A stretch of 64,000 nucleotides of DNA from Sulfurospirillaceae bacterium (GTDB taxonomy: Bacteria; Campylobacterota; Campylobacteria; Campylobacterales; Sulfurospirillaceae): positions 160,001 through 224,000 of the forward strand of contig JAWVXD010000002.1 of assembly GCA_033723415.1 (NCBI GenBank), in the 5' to 3' direction. This document shows positions 41,174 to 49,952 of the stretch, in pieces (position 1 is the first letter of the stretch; every line of letters begins with the position of its first letter). The position numbers and the translations under genes were made by a program. Under the pieces are notes generated by a model, which was not told where the DNA came from, ran no database searches, and saw only the letters and a program-made list of their open reading frames with translations.

Positions 41174-42363
41174 TTTTTCATTCCTTTTTTTGTAATTACA
41201 AAAAGTAAAGCTGTAACCAACATAGTCGGCAGCGTTGAGCCTATGATAAGATCATATGCTATAAACTGGTAATAAGCATACACGCCTATAGCCCAGATGA
41301 TCAGTGAACCTATATGTAAATTTAGGTTTTCTTGAATTGTTTCTTGTTTAAAAAAGAAATAATCGCTAAGCAAAATAGCAAAAAGCGGTGCAAATACTGA
41401 ACCGATCGCGTAGAGAAAGTTCTCATATTCTTCAATCGGAGCGAGTAGTGCTATAACCAAACCGATAAGTCCCATGACAAAAGCCACTTTTCTCTCATTA
41501 AATTTTGGAAATACGTTTAAAAATGTAACGCCTGCAGAGTATGCATCCAAAAACGTTGTCGTAACAGTAGATAACAAAACGATACACAGTGCAAAAAATC
41601 CTAGATGCATTGCTGTCATCATGGCACTGACATCACCGTCTTTTGAATAAAGCGCTACAGCCAAACCGATCGTATACATCAAAGAACTTCCAAGGAAGTA
41701 ACCTATAAAACTTCCAAAAAGACCCGGGCCTTTTTTGGCTGAAAATCTTGTATAATCAGCTATCAACGGAAGCCAGGAAAGCGGCATAATAACGCTCAAC
41801 TCTAAAGCAGAACCAAAACTCATCTTGCCTGTGCCGACACTTGAGAAAACACTGCTTTCCCTAAATACCACAAAACAAAGTAACAAGGTCAAGGCAAATA
41901 GTAAGACCACTGCTATGACATTGAGCTTTTTAAAGCCTTCTTTACCTAAAAGTATCCATAGTGAGATCAAAACACCGATCAACAATGACCACATCATGAT
42001 ATTGTCAAAACCAAACAGCGTTTTACCAAGTTCATTTGCGGCTCGTCCTCCGGAGATAATCATAACAGCCGTCCAACCTATCAACTGCAAAACGTTTAAA
42101 AGAGAAAACAGATATGATCCGTAAGCCCCAAAAGAGATACGCGTACTCATCATGGCAGGCAGTTTGCTCTTTGCCCCGATGACTCCACCCATGATAAGGA
42201 TGATACCTCCTATAAAATGTCCTAACAATATAGCTTTTAATGCTTCACTAAATCCTAATGGAGCTAAAAACCCACCTGTAAATATTTCTGCCAATGATAT
42301 GGCAGCCCCAAACCAAAGGGCAAATAATTGAAACCCACTTAACTTTATACTCTCTTTAATCAT
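41152..42363 (-). CDS. cytX: hydroxymethylpyrimidine transporter
   Basis: LWFGAAISLAEI, MPLSWLPLIADY, STVTTTFLDAYSAG; thi context. Confidence 0.92.
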   Translation of the reverse strand: MIKESIKLSGFQLFALWFGAAISLAEIFTGGFLAPLGFSEALKAILLGHFIGGIILIMGGVIGAKSKLPAMMSTRISFGAYGSYLFSLLNVLQLIGWTAVMIISGGRAANELGKTLFGFDNIMMWSLLIGVLISLWILLGKEGFKKLNVIAVVLLFALTLLLCFVVFRESSVFSSVGTGKMSFGSALELSVIMPLSWLPLIADYTRFSAKKGPGLFGSFIGYFLGSSLMYTIGLAVALYSKDGDVSAMMTAMHLGFFALCIVLLSTVTTTFLDAYSAGVTFLNVFPKFNERKVAFVMGLIGLVIALLAPIEEYENFLYAIGSVFAPLFAILLSDYFFFKQETIQENLNLHIGSLIIWAIGVYAYYQFIAYDLIIGSTLPTMLVTALLFVITKKGMKKWILEKS

Positions 42364-43162
42364 TCTTTACTCCTGCTTTTTTATATAGATCATAAAAGTG
42401 ATGCACCGGACCCACACCCTGCCCTATGGCAAATCCTTGTTTGATTGCATCTGTTATATATATTTTTGCCGCATTTACGGCAGTTTCCACGTTCATCCCT
42501 TTTGCTAGATTTGCAGCAATTGCTGAAGAGAGTGTACAGCCTGTGCCATGTGTATTTTGTGTCTTTAGCATCTCACTTTTTAAAAGGTAGAATTTATCTC
42601 CATCATACAGTACATCTGTCGCATTTTCTATGTGCTGACCGCCTTTTATCAAGACATACGAACACCCTAGTTTATGCAGATCAAGTGCAGCTTTTTTCAT
42701 ATCTTCCAGAGTTTTTATCTCATAACCCACGATAACTCCTGCTTCTAGTATGTTTGGTGTGATTATGGTCGCCATCGGAATCAAGATATCAATAAGAGCT
42801 TTTTTTGCTTCCGGTTGAAGTAGATCAAATCCGCTTTTTGAGATCATGACGGGATCCACGACAAGATGAGGAAGTCGGTATTTTTTCAAGGTCTTTGCTA
42901 TAACTTCTATAGTTTCAGGACGAGAAACCATACCTATCTTGACTACATCCACTTTTATATCATCAAAGATTGCTTCTATCTGATGTGCGATAACGGAGGG
43001 GTCTATATCTTGTACGTCAAATACGCCTTGAGTGTTTTGTGCAGTTACTGCTGTTATCACGCTCATCCCAAAAGTGCCATGAGCACTGAAGGTTTTTAGA
43101 TCAGCCTGAATTCCGGCTCCACCGCTACTATCGGAGCCTGCTATCGTTAAGCAATGTTTCAT
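42356..43162 (-). CDS. thiD: HMP/HMP-P kinase
   Basis: LTIAGSDSSGGAGIQADLKT, TAQNT, NTHGTGCTLS. Confidence 0.96.
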   Translation of the reverse strand: MKHCLTIAGSDSSGGAGIQADLKTFSAHGTFGMSVITAVTAQNTQGVFDVQDIDPSVIAHQIEAIFDDIKVDVVKIGMVSRPETIEVIAKTLKKYRLPHLVVDPVMISKSGFDLLQPEAKKALIDILIPMATIITPNILEAGVIVGYEIKTLEDMKKAALDLHKLGCSYVLIKGGQHIENATDVLYDGDKFYLLKSEMLKTQNTHGTGCTLSSAIAANLAKGMNVETAVNAAKIYITDAIKQGFAIGQGVGPVHHFYDLYKKAGVKND

Positions 43163-43229
43163 AATCTTCCTTATTTATTGAAGATTAGTGATAAGAGAGA
43201 AAAAGAGGGGTGAGTATTTGTGTCAATTT

Positions 43230-43322
43230 GGCTTTCCTACGCTGGCATTACCCAGATCAGGTCAAGGGTCAAAGAATCACTATTCTTTATCTCAGCCGGT
43301 TTCCCCGGCACTCCTAGCACTA
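43230..43322 (-). ncRNA. TPP riboswitch
   Basis: Minus strand reads CTAGGAGTGC...GGCTGAGA...ACCCTTGACCTGATCTGGGTAATGCCAGCGTAGGAAAG upstream of thiD. Confidence 0.96.
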
Positions 43323-43434
43323 ATTCTATATAGTGCCGGATTATACAATTATTTATACTTAATTTCAAGTTTGATATTATTGAAGCAACCAAATAGGGCA
43401 GATCATGAAGATTCTCCACCCTATTGGCCTTTGA

Positions 43435-43965
43435 TTAGTCTTGTTGTATCTTAAAAGTATTGAAGATTATATCTGTAGCCAACATCCTTGTAGCATGATT
43501 TACAGCATCCAAGATATCTTTATCACTCCAATTCATCGCTCGAAGTGCATCCAAATCATCAGCATTTACCGAGTGAGCATCACGTATGGATTTTATAGCT
43601 ATTTTAAGTAGTGCGATTTCTCGATCCGGAAGATTTGCATCGTCTATGTTTTTACGCATTGCTTCAACTTGTTCTAGAGTCCAACCTGCCATATTGATCA
43701 GCATCCCTGTGTTGAAATCTATACAAAATTTACAATCATTTGTGCTAGAAACCAAAATACGAATAGACGCAAGAAGCGGCATAGAAAGCGTCTTGTGATT
43801 CATATAATATCCTATAAAATCCATCTGCTGTCGTAACAACTCCGGACTAGAACTAAACAAAAGTGCATTGTTTCCGACACTTCCTCTCATAGTTATAATT
43901 GTTTCATAAAGTTTTGCTAACTCACCTGTGGCATCTTGTTGTGAAATCGTCTCAATAATTGGCAT
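43435..43965 (-). CDS. AhpD/carboxymuconolactone decarboxylase family protein
   Basis: VSSTNDCKFC motif; WSDKDILDAV. Confidence 0.82.
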   Translation of the reverse strand: MPIIETISQQDATGELAKLYETIITMRGSVGNNALLFSSSPELLRQQMDFIGYYMNHKTLSMPLLASIRILVSSTNDCKFCIDFNTGMLINMAGWTLEQVEAMRKNIDDANLPDREIALLKIAIKSIRDAHSVNADDLDALRAMNWSDKDILDAVNHATRMLATDIIFNTFKIQQD

Positions 43966-43986
43966 TTTTCAATCCTTTGATAAATA

Positions 43987-44035
43987 TAGACCGATTGGTC
44001 AATAAAATTATAATATAAATAGACCAAATAGTCAA
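43987..44035. promoter_or_regulatory. two NemR-like TetR operator boxes
   Basis: TAGACCGATTGGTCAA (43987-44002) and TAGACCAAATAGTCAA (44020-44035) in divergent intergenic region. Confidence 0.75.
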
Positions 44036-44058
44036 GTAATCTATGCTATAATTATTTT

Positions 44059-44631
44059 ATGAAAAAAACAACCAGACAAAAACTCATAGATGCAACTTTT
44101 GAAGAGGTATACTCTCACGGCTACCAAGGTGCCGCTTTATCGGATATCTTAACTAAAGCCGGAGTGCACAAAGGCTCGATGTATCACTATTTTGGAAGCA
44201 AAAAAGATATGGCGCTGACAGCGCTAAAAGAAAAGATATATGCTAAATTTCTTGAGAGATACGGCAAAATACTAGAGCTCCAAAGCGGATATTTGGAACA
44301 ATTTATCAAAGGCATTGAGGATACTGAGCTTAGAGATTTGCGCAGAGGATGCCCTATAGCAAATATCATCCAAGAGATGTCAAATTTGGATGATGATTTT
44401 CATCAAACCATGAAAGCTATCTATGCGGAGTTTAGAGAATATATAAAAAAGATTCTTGATAAGGCTATAGAAAAAGGAGAGATGAAGCATTGCGATACGC
44501 AAAAGCTTGCTCTTTTTATAACTGCAACCCTAGAAGGTGCGATCCTCTCTACAAAAGCCAGCGGAGAGATAGATGATTATGAAAATGTCGTAGAGATCTT
44601 GATCTCACATATTTGGCAATATAAGATTTAA
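44059..44631 (+). CDS. TetR family regulator (NemR/YxaF-like)
   Basis: AGVHKGSMYHYF; GCPIAN. Confidence 0.92.
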   Translation: MKKTTRQKLIDATFEEVYSHGYQGAALSDILTKAGVHKGSMYHYFGSKKDMALTALKEKIYAKFLERYGKILELQSGYLEQFIKGIEDTELRDLRRGCPIANIIQEMSNLDDDFHQTMKAIYAEFREYIKKILDKAIEKGEMKHCDTQKLALFITATLEGAILSTKASGEIDDYENVVEILISHIWQYKI

Positions 44632-44644
44632 ATTGGAGATAACG

Positions 44645-45214
44645 ATGAGCAAAGAGCGTTGCAGTTGGGTAAAACTAAGTGATCCCGTATATGTAGCTTA
44701 TCATGATACAGAGTGGGGGAAACCTCTTCATGATGACAGGGCTCTTTTTGAGCTTTTTTGCCTAGAGACTCAAAGCGCAGGTCTTAGTTGGCTCACGATT
44801 CTCAAAAAGCGTGAAGGTTATCGCAAGGTATTTGAAGGATTTGATCTACAAAAAGTTGCGGCTTACACACAAGAAGATGTCAACCGCATATTACAAAGCG
44901 ATCAAGTCATCAAACATAAAGCAAAGATCGAATCAATCATCAACAATGCAAAAGGATTTTTAAAGATACAACACGAATATGGATCCCTTGATGCGTATTT
45001 TTGGAGCAAGGTTGATGGAAAGCCGATCGTAAATGATGTAGATGAGCATAAAGATACGATCACTACTTCTAATATCTCTGATGAGTTGACAAAAGAGCTT
45101 AAAAAAAAGGGATTTAAATTTGTAGGCTCCGTCACTATCTACTCGTTCATGCAAGCTAGCGGGATGGTAAATGATCATAAAAACGAATGCTTTTGCAAAC
45201 AAATCAAAGACTGA
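44645..45214 (+). CDS. tag: DNA-3-methyladenine glycosylase I; ATG 44645 preferred
   Basis: RCSW, YHDTEWG, QSAGLSW, FKFVG, GMVNDH...C. Confidence 0.95.
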   Translation: MSKERCSWVKLSDPVYVAYHDTEWGKPLHDDRALFELFCLETQSAGLSWLTILKKREGYRKVFEGFDLQKVAAYTQEDVNRILQSDQVIKHKAKIESIINNAKGFLKIQHEYGSLDAYFWSKVDGKPIVNDVDEHKDTITTSNISDELTKELKKKGFKFVGSVTIYSFMQASGMVNDHKNECFCKQIKD

Positions 45215-45218
45215 GTGG

Positions 45219-45341
45219 ATGAAACAATCATGGAAAGCAGACGCATACGCGCAAAATTCCAAATGACAAGCCATCTGGGTAGAAGAGTTGATATAAAAAA
45301 TCAATTTACAAAAAAATGAAACCATATTGGATATCGGATAC
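45219..45341 (+). pseudogene. 5' remnant of class I SAM methyltransferase (Tam-like)
   Basis: MKQSWKADAYAQNSK*QAIWVEELI*KINLQKNETILDIGY; stops at 45264 and 45294; breaks off in motif I. Confidence 0.75.
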
Positions 45342-45562
45342 AGCTATATAAGAGATACACAAAAGAGCAATGTCATGATTGCAGTTTTTTGCTCTTTGCG
45401 CACATGTTCGCTTTATGCTTTTACAAGTATGCATATGATATTCTTTCTTTAAGACCTATTCAACGCAGCAATCAGTAAAAATGCCACTTGGAAAGAATCA
45501 TGACAAAAAAAAATGATATAGAACAAAATTTCAAAGAAACATTTCAAGAAATTAATCATGTC

Positions 45563-45709
45563 ATGCAACAATATCCTTTATTGATCCCTTCGTCAACTAA
45601 AAAACAAAAAATCGCTGATCACCTCTCTTCTATTAACAACTTTATCACCTCCCAAGTTAAAAAACTAAAAGAGCATAAAAAAGGGCTAATACACCAGCTT
45701 TTTCCATAA
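45563..45709 (+). pseudogene. hsdS: 3' remnant of type I R-M specificity subunit (within ORF 45488-45709)
   Basis: LLIPSSTKKQKIADHLSSINNFITSQVKKLKEHKKGLIHQLFP matches the HsdS C-terminal conserved helix. Confidence 0.8.
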
Positions 45710-45758
45710 AAAGAGGTAAAATAAAAATGGCAAAATTAAATCAAACAAAGGAGAACAA

Positions 45759-46742
45759 ATGAAACTGGATTCAATTATTATACATGAGATAAAAAAAGAG
45801 GCGAATACCACAAATACCGCTACTTTATACATATCTAATGTGACATTAGATGCAACTAATGAATATGTATTAAATATTGTTACTTCTTTGGAAGAGTCTT
45901 TTTCAAAAAAAACACTCAAGAGAGCTAAATTTTCCGATGATGGTTTTAAAGAGGATTTTCAAGATTATAGTTCTATTGATATTGTAAATTTTTCAGATAT
46001 TTTAACAAGAAAGTTAAAAAATAAAATTGATGGTATTTCTCCAGCAAAAGGTGGGTATCTTGTATTTGCCAGATATACAACAACACAAGACTTCTTAGCG
46101 ATTTTTTTAGTAAGAAATACGGAAGGTTCTAAACTTATCCCAAGTGGCGGAAGTTGGAATTTAGACTCTACACAATATTTAGATGTTGAACATTTTGCAA
46201 TGGGTGCAAAAATTAATTTATCAATTTTAAATAGTGACTCAGATGATAGATATATATCTTTAGTTCGAGGTAATACAGATATTTCAAGTTACTTTGAAGC
46301 ATGGATTGGATTAGATGATCCAAAGCAAGAAAATAAAGATGCACAAGCTTTATTCAATATATCAAACCACATAGAATTACCAGATGGAATGACAAGAGAT
46401 AGTTTAAAAAGAATTATTTTTGATTATGCAAAAAGTAGCACGGGAAAAGTTGTTAATTTAAGAGACCTAAGTACATATATCTTTCAAGATGAAAATTATA
46501 TTACAAACTACTGTGAAACAAATAATATAGATATTGATGGAGAATTTAAATTAGCTGGTGCAAATTTAAGCAGATTTTATAAAGTTTCTGTTAAGGCAAA
46601 TAATATTGAACTGACTTTTCCAAGAAGTAGTTTTAATCCCGACGAAATTGAAATAATAGATGAACAAGTTGTTATTCATTCTACAGAGTTAGCACAACGA
46701 ATTCAAAACGCTATTGATGCTGATATTGATATAGAGCAATGA
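45759..46742 (+). CDS. YejK/NdpA-like nucleoid-associated protein
   Basis: IIIHEIKK N-terminus, AKGGYLVFARY, LDVEHFAMGAKINLS, YISLVRG...ISSYF; 327 aa; AAGGAG RBS. Confidence 0.8.
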   Translation: MKLDSIIIHEIKKEANTTNTATLYISNVTLDATNEYVLNIVTSLEESFSKKTLKRAKFSDDGFKEDFQDYSSIDIVNFSDILTRKLKNKIDGISPAKGGYLVFARYTTTQDFLAIFLVRNTEGSKLIPSGGSWNLDSTQYLDVEHFAMGAKINLSILNSDSDDRYISLVRGNTDISSYFEAWIGLDDPKQENKDAQALFNISNHIELPDGMTRDSLKRIIFDYAKSSTGKVVNLRDLSTYIFQDENYITNYCETNNIDIDGEFKLAGANLSRFYKVSVKANNIELTFPRSSFNPDEIEIIDEQVVIHSTELAQRIQNAIDADIDIEQ

Positions 46743-47992
46743 AAATAGAAGCTATAAACAGACTAGTTGATTTATTAGCTAGTTGCACAGATGAAGCAGC
46801 GGATGAATTAACCTTTGTATCTAATGATTTAAAAAATCACAAAACATTATTAACTGAGTTAAACATTCATAGTGAAGAGTTGGCAGAGGGAATCAGTATA
46901 AACTTAGCTAATCAAGCTATTAATATTTATAAAACAAAAAAAGATTGTATAAAACATTTTCAGGGAAATATTGAAAAACCTATAGTAATTCTTGCGGATA
47001 AAATTATTTATGATAAAGATACTGATAATGTCTTTTTTGAAAATTTAATATATTCACTAAAAATTAGAACACTAATAGAAGAAAGAGAGATAGTTTCATT
47101 TCATGATAAAATAAATAGAAGTTTTATTTTATTGTCTGAATCAAATGGAAAGCTCAAATTGGGTTATGAAAGTAAACCATTAGAATTTTACAACGAAGAA
47201 CATAATTTAAAAAATTTATTTAAATTGCTATTAAAAAAATTAGACAAAGATGAGTTTGCTTCATTCTTTAGAGATAATATTATTAAAAGTGTAGAGGATG
47301 AAGAAGATATAAAAAGAAGATATATCACTTTTCTTACTCGTTTAAATAACACAATAGAGAAAACTGAACGGGAGTATAGTCTGTTTATTAATAAATTTTC
47401 TTTTGAAAAATTTAATTCAGAACTCAAAAAAGAAAAAGAAAAATATATAAAAAACATTCAAGATAATTTATCAGAGTTTTTATCAAAAGTAAATGCTTTG
47501 CCTGTTCAATTTGGTGTTTATATTTTATTGATTTTTAGGTTTGAACACGAGATAATTCCTTTAATCGGGACTGTAGTTTTAATTATTGCTTGGAGTTCTT
47601 TTAGTTTTTTATCTCTTCAAACAATGAAAAAGACAATAAATTTTATAGAGAGAAAATTTGAAAATGTATTTGAGCAAATTGCTCAAGAATCAGGAATTAA
47701 TGAAAAGATATTAACACAAGATAAGAAAGAAGTTGATAATAAAATTAGTGATATTAGACAAATGATATATTGGTATCAAGGTATTGTTGTTGTTTTTAGC
47801 TTAATTTTTATACTTTTTAGTGGTTCAAACATTTATCAACAGTATAAAAAGAATAATGATAAAAACCCTCTCTTAAATGAAAAAATAAATAAATATGATG
47901 GTATTAAAGGCACAATGGAGAATAACCAATCTCAATCTAATAAAGTCATTATTCACAAAGATACCAATAACGAAAGAGAAGTTCATAAATGA
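46739..47992 (+). CDS. hypothetical protein: soluble N-domain, coiled coil, about 3 C-terminal TM segments
   Basis: 417 aa intact ORF; ATGA overlap with upstream gene. Confidence 0.8.
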   Translation: MKIEAINRLVDLLASCTDEAADELTFVSNDLKNHKTLLTELNIHSEELAEGISINLANQAINIYKTKKDCIKHFQGNIEKPIVILADKIIYDKDTDNVFFENLIYSLKIRTLIEEREIVSFHDKINRSFILLSESNGKLKLGYESKPLEFYNEEHNLKNLFKLLLKKLDKDEFASFFRDNIIKSVEDEEDIKRRYITFLTRLNNTIEKTEREYSLFINKFSFEKFNSELKKEKEKYIKNIQDNLSEFLSKVNALPVQFGVYILLIFRFEHEIIPLIGTVVLIIAWSSFSFLSLQTMKKTINFIERKFENVFEQIAQESGINEKILTQDKKEVDNKISDIRQMIYWYQGIVVVFSLIFILFSGSNIYQQYKKNNDKNPLLNEKINKYDGIKGTMENNQSQSNKVIIHKDTNNEREVHK

Positions 47993-48663
47993 CTAATAAA
48001 GAAACAAATTATTTAAAAGTTTTAGAAGCGTTTAATAACTCAAATTTATCAGTTATTGAAACAAAATTTGGCAAGAGGTACATTTCCAAAATTATTTTTG
48101 TAATATTTTTAATTCTATCTATTAGTAGTATTTATTGTGCTAAAGAGAATAGTAGTAGTTGGATTATTATTGCACTTGGCTTAATGATGATGTTTTCTAT
48201 CTTCCTATATTTTAAACATATCAATAACAAGGTTATAAGCTATTTTGGAGAAAGTAGTAAAGCTTTTATAAAACAAAATGAAATCTATTGGCGAGCTATT
48301 AGAGCATTGATTTTTTTTGAAAATATACAAAATCAAAAGCTTGATTTAGATGAGAATATCATTATAGAAATAATTGAAAAAGAATTGAATTTAAAAAAGA
48401 TAGAAATACTCAAAACACCAGTTTTTCTAGGACTGTTGACAGTATGGGGAATGTTGATAAATAGTATTTTTGATAAGACTGAGCTATCGGTTTTGTGGAT
48501 ATTTTTCTTTATTCTTTTGATGATTACATATTTTTCTTATGGCTTAGTTTCTGTTTTAAGAACTGAAGAGTCGAAAATGAATGATCTGAAACTTTTTATT
48601 CATTGGTACAACGTGATTGCTCCTACAATTGGGAAATTCCATATTAGTGAAGAAAAAGACTAA
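47989..48663 (+). CDS. hypothetical membrane protein (2+2 TM)
   Basis: 224 aa; two pairs of hydrophobic helices; ATGA overlap. Confidence 0.78.
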   Translation: MTNKETNYLKVLEAFNNSNLSVIETKFGKRYISKIIFVIFLILSISSIYCAKENSSSWIIIALGLMMMFSIFLYFKHINNKVISYFGESSKAFIKQNEIYWRAIRALIFFENIQNQKLDLDENIIIEIIEKELNLKKIEILKTPVFLGLLTVWGMLINSIFDKTELSVLWIFFFILLMITYFSYGLVSVLRTEESKMNDLKLFIHWYNVIAPTIGKFHISEEKD

Positions 48664-48699
48664 CACACTCAAGACTACCGAAAAAAAGGAGCTTGATAA

Positions 48700-48822
48700 A
48701 TGAATGAAAACAACATCCACAACGCAGCAGACACTAAAGTTTCCGTATCGCTTCTTACAAAAGAGCGTACGGCGTGGATGAGTCAAGCTCAGATAGTGGA
48801 TCTTTTTACGAAGACAAAATAA
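48700..48822 (+). pseudogene. 5' remnant of RhuM family gene
   Basis: AAGGAG RBS; MNENNIHNAADTKVSVSLLTKERTAWMSQAQIVDLFTKTK*N resembles the RhuM N-terminus (TVWxxQxQxAELFxxxKQN). Confidence 0.72.
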
Positions 48823-48857
48823 AATCAAAAACTGATAGCTTTTAAAAAAGATATTTC

Positions 48858-49235
48858 TCACTTTGCCTTGCAGATGGTCGCTTCACATGGGTTTTCGGCT
48901 GTGATCTTACCATGAGTTGAACTGTATAAGATTCCCCATTTATACATCTCGGTGAGTACGGGTTTGAGCTCTTGTCCGATTTTAGTAAGAGAGTATACAA
49001 CCTTTGGGGGCACTTCTGCAAATACTTCTCTGTGGATTATATTTTTTTCTTCGAGTTCTTTGAGTTTGACCGTTAGCGTTTTTTGCGTTATCTCACTGAT
49101 GATCTCATGAAGTTCTTTAAACCTTTTGTCACCGTCTAACAGATGCCAGATGATGGCGAGTTTCCACCTGTCATTGAAAACATCCAGTGTCACGGAAACG
49201 GAACATTGATACTCTTTATCATTTATGTAATACAT
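48858..49235 (-). CDS. HxlR family winged-HTH regulator
   Basis: CSVSVTLDVFNDRWK, ITQKTLTVKLKELE, EVPPKVVYSLT. Confidence 0.93.
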   Translation of the reverse strand: MYYINDKEYQCSVSVTLDVFNDRWKLAIIWHLLDGDKRFKELHEIISEITQKTLTVKLKELEEKNIIHREVFAEVPPKVVYSLTKIGQELKPVLTEMYKWGILYSSTHGKITAENPCEATICKAK

Positions 49236-49279
49236 CTATATCCTTAATAATTAGTACATATTATACCATAATTTTTCCA

Positions 49280-49301
49280 TTACTTACCAAAAGTAAAGTA
49301 A
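49280..49301. promoter_or_regulatory. candidate HxlR operator
   Basis: Imperfect inverted repeat TTACTTAC-CAAAA-GTAAAGTAA in divergent intergenic region. Confidence 0.5.
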
Positions 49302-49353
49302 GGGAGTATTAAGTAAATAAGGAATATAATTTTTCTTTTTTAAAGGAGCAAAA

Positions 49354-49944
49354 ATGAAAAAAATACTTATCATAAACGGACATCAATACTATAAAGATAT
49401 CGCAGAGGGCAACCTAACAGGTTCAATCATAAAGAAAATGGTAGATACCTTAGAGAACAAAGGTTTTGAGATAAAACAAACAGACATAGACAACGGGTAT
49501 GACGTGAAAGAAGAACTTGAAAAACTTGCTTGGTCAGATTATATAATCTTCCAATATCCTGTTTATTGGATGGGTGTGCCTTGGATCGCCAAAAAATACA
49601 TCGACGAAGTATTTTCAGCAGGGGCTGGAACGGTGACCTATCTGAATGATGGCAGAAGCAGAGAAGATGCCTCTAAGACATACGGAAGCGGCGGTCTTAT
49701 GAGCGAAAAAAAATATATGCTTAGTCTCACATACAACTGCCCAACCAGTGAATTTAACAATAAAGACGGATTTTTTGAAGGGCTAAGTGTCGATGAGGCA
49801 AATGTAGCAGCACACAAACTTTTCCAATTCTGCGGCGCAAAGAAGCTTGATACTTACTCGATCCATGATATCTTCAAAGGTGACCTTGATCTTGATAGTG
49901 AACTTGTAAAACTGGAACAAATCCTAAACAAAAACTTCTCATAA
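49354..49944 (+). CDS. mdaB: MdaB-like NAD(P)H:quinone oxidoreductase
   Basis: ILIINGH, QYPVYWMGVPW, DGRSR...YGSGG. Confidence 0.88.
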   Translation: MKKILIINGHQYYKDIAEGNLTGSIIKKMVDTLENKGFEIKQTDIDNGYDVKEELEKLAWSDYIIFQYPVYWMGVPWIAKKYIDEVFSAGAGTVTYLNDGRSREDASKTYGSGGLMSEKKYMLSLTYNCPTSEFNNKDGFFEGLSVDEANVAAHKLFQFCGAKKLDTYSIHDIFKGDLDLDSELVKLEQILNKNFS

Positions 49945-49952
49945 GGACAATC

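Noticed and set aside
43188..43454. ORFs 43188-43454 (+) and 43237-43419 (-)
   Set aside because: They overlap the TPP riboswitch and promoter and have no protein-like features.
44960..45325. 121-aa minus-strand ORF
   Set aside because: Antisense to tag and to the methyltransferase relic; composition not protein-like.
45759..48663. Calling the cassette Kiwa or another named defence system
   Set aside because: ORF1 shows YejK-type motifs and I cannot recognise KwaA/KwaB signatures by eye; needs an HMM search.
48664..48702. NTLKTTEKKELDK* as a second hsdS-end fragment or direct repeat bounding the island
   Set aside because: Too short and too weak; no nucleotide-level repeat with 45660-45709 that I can verify.
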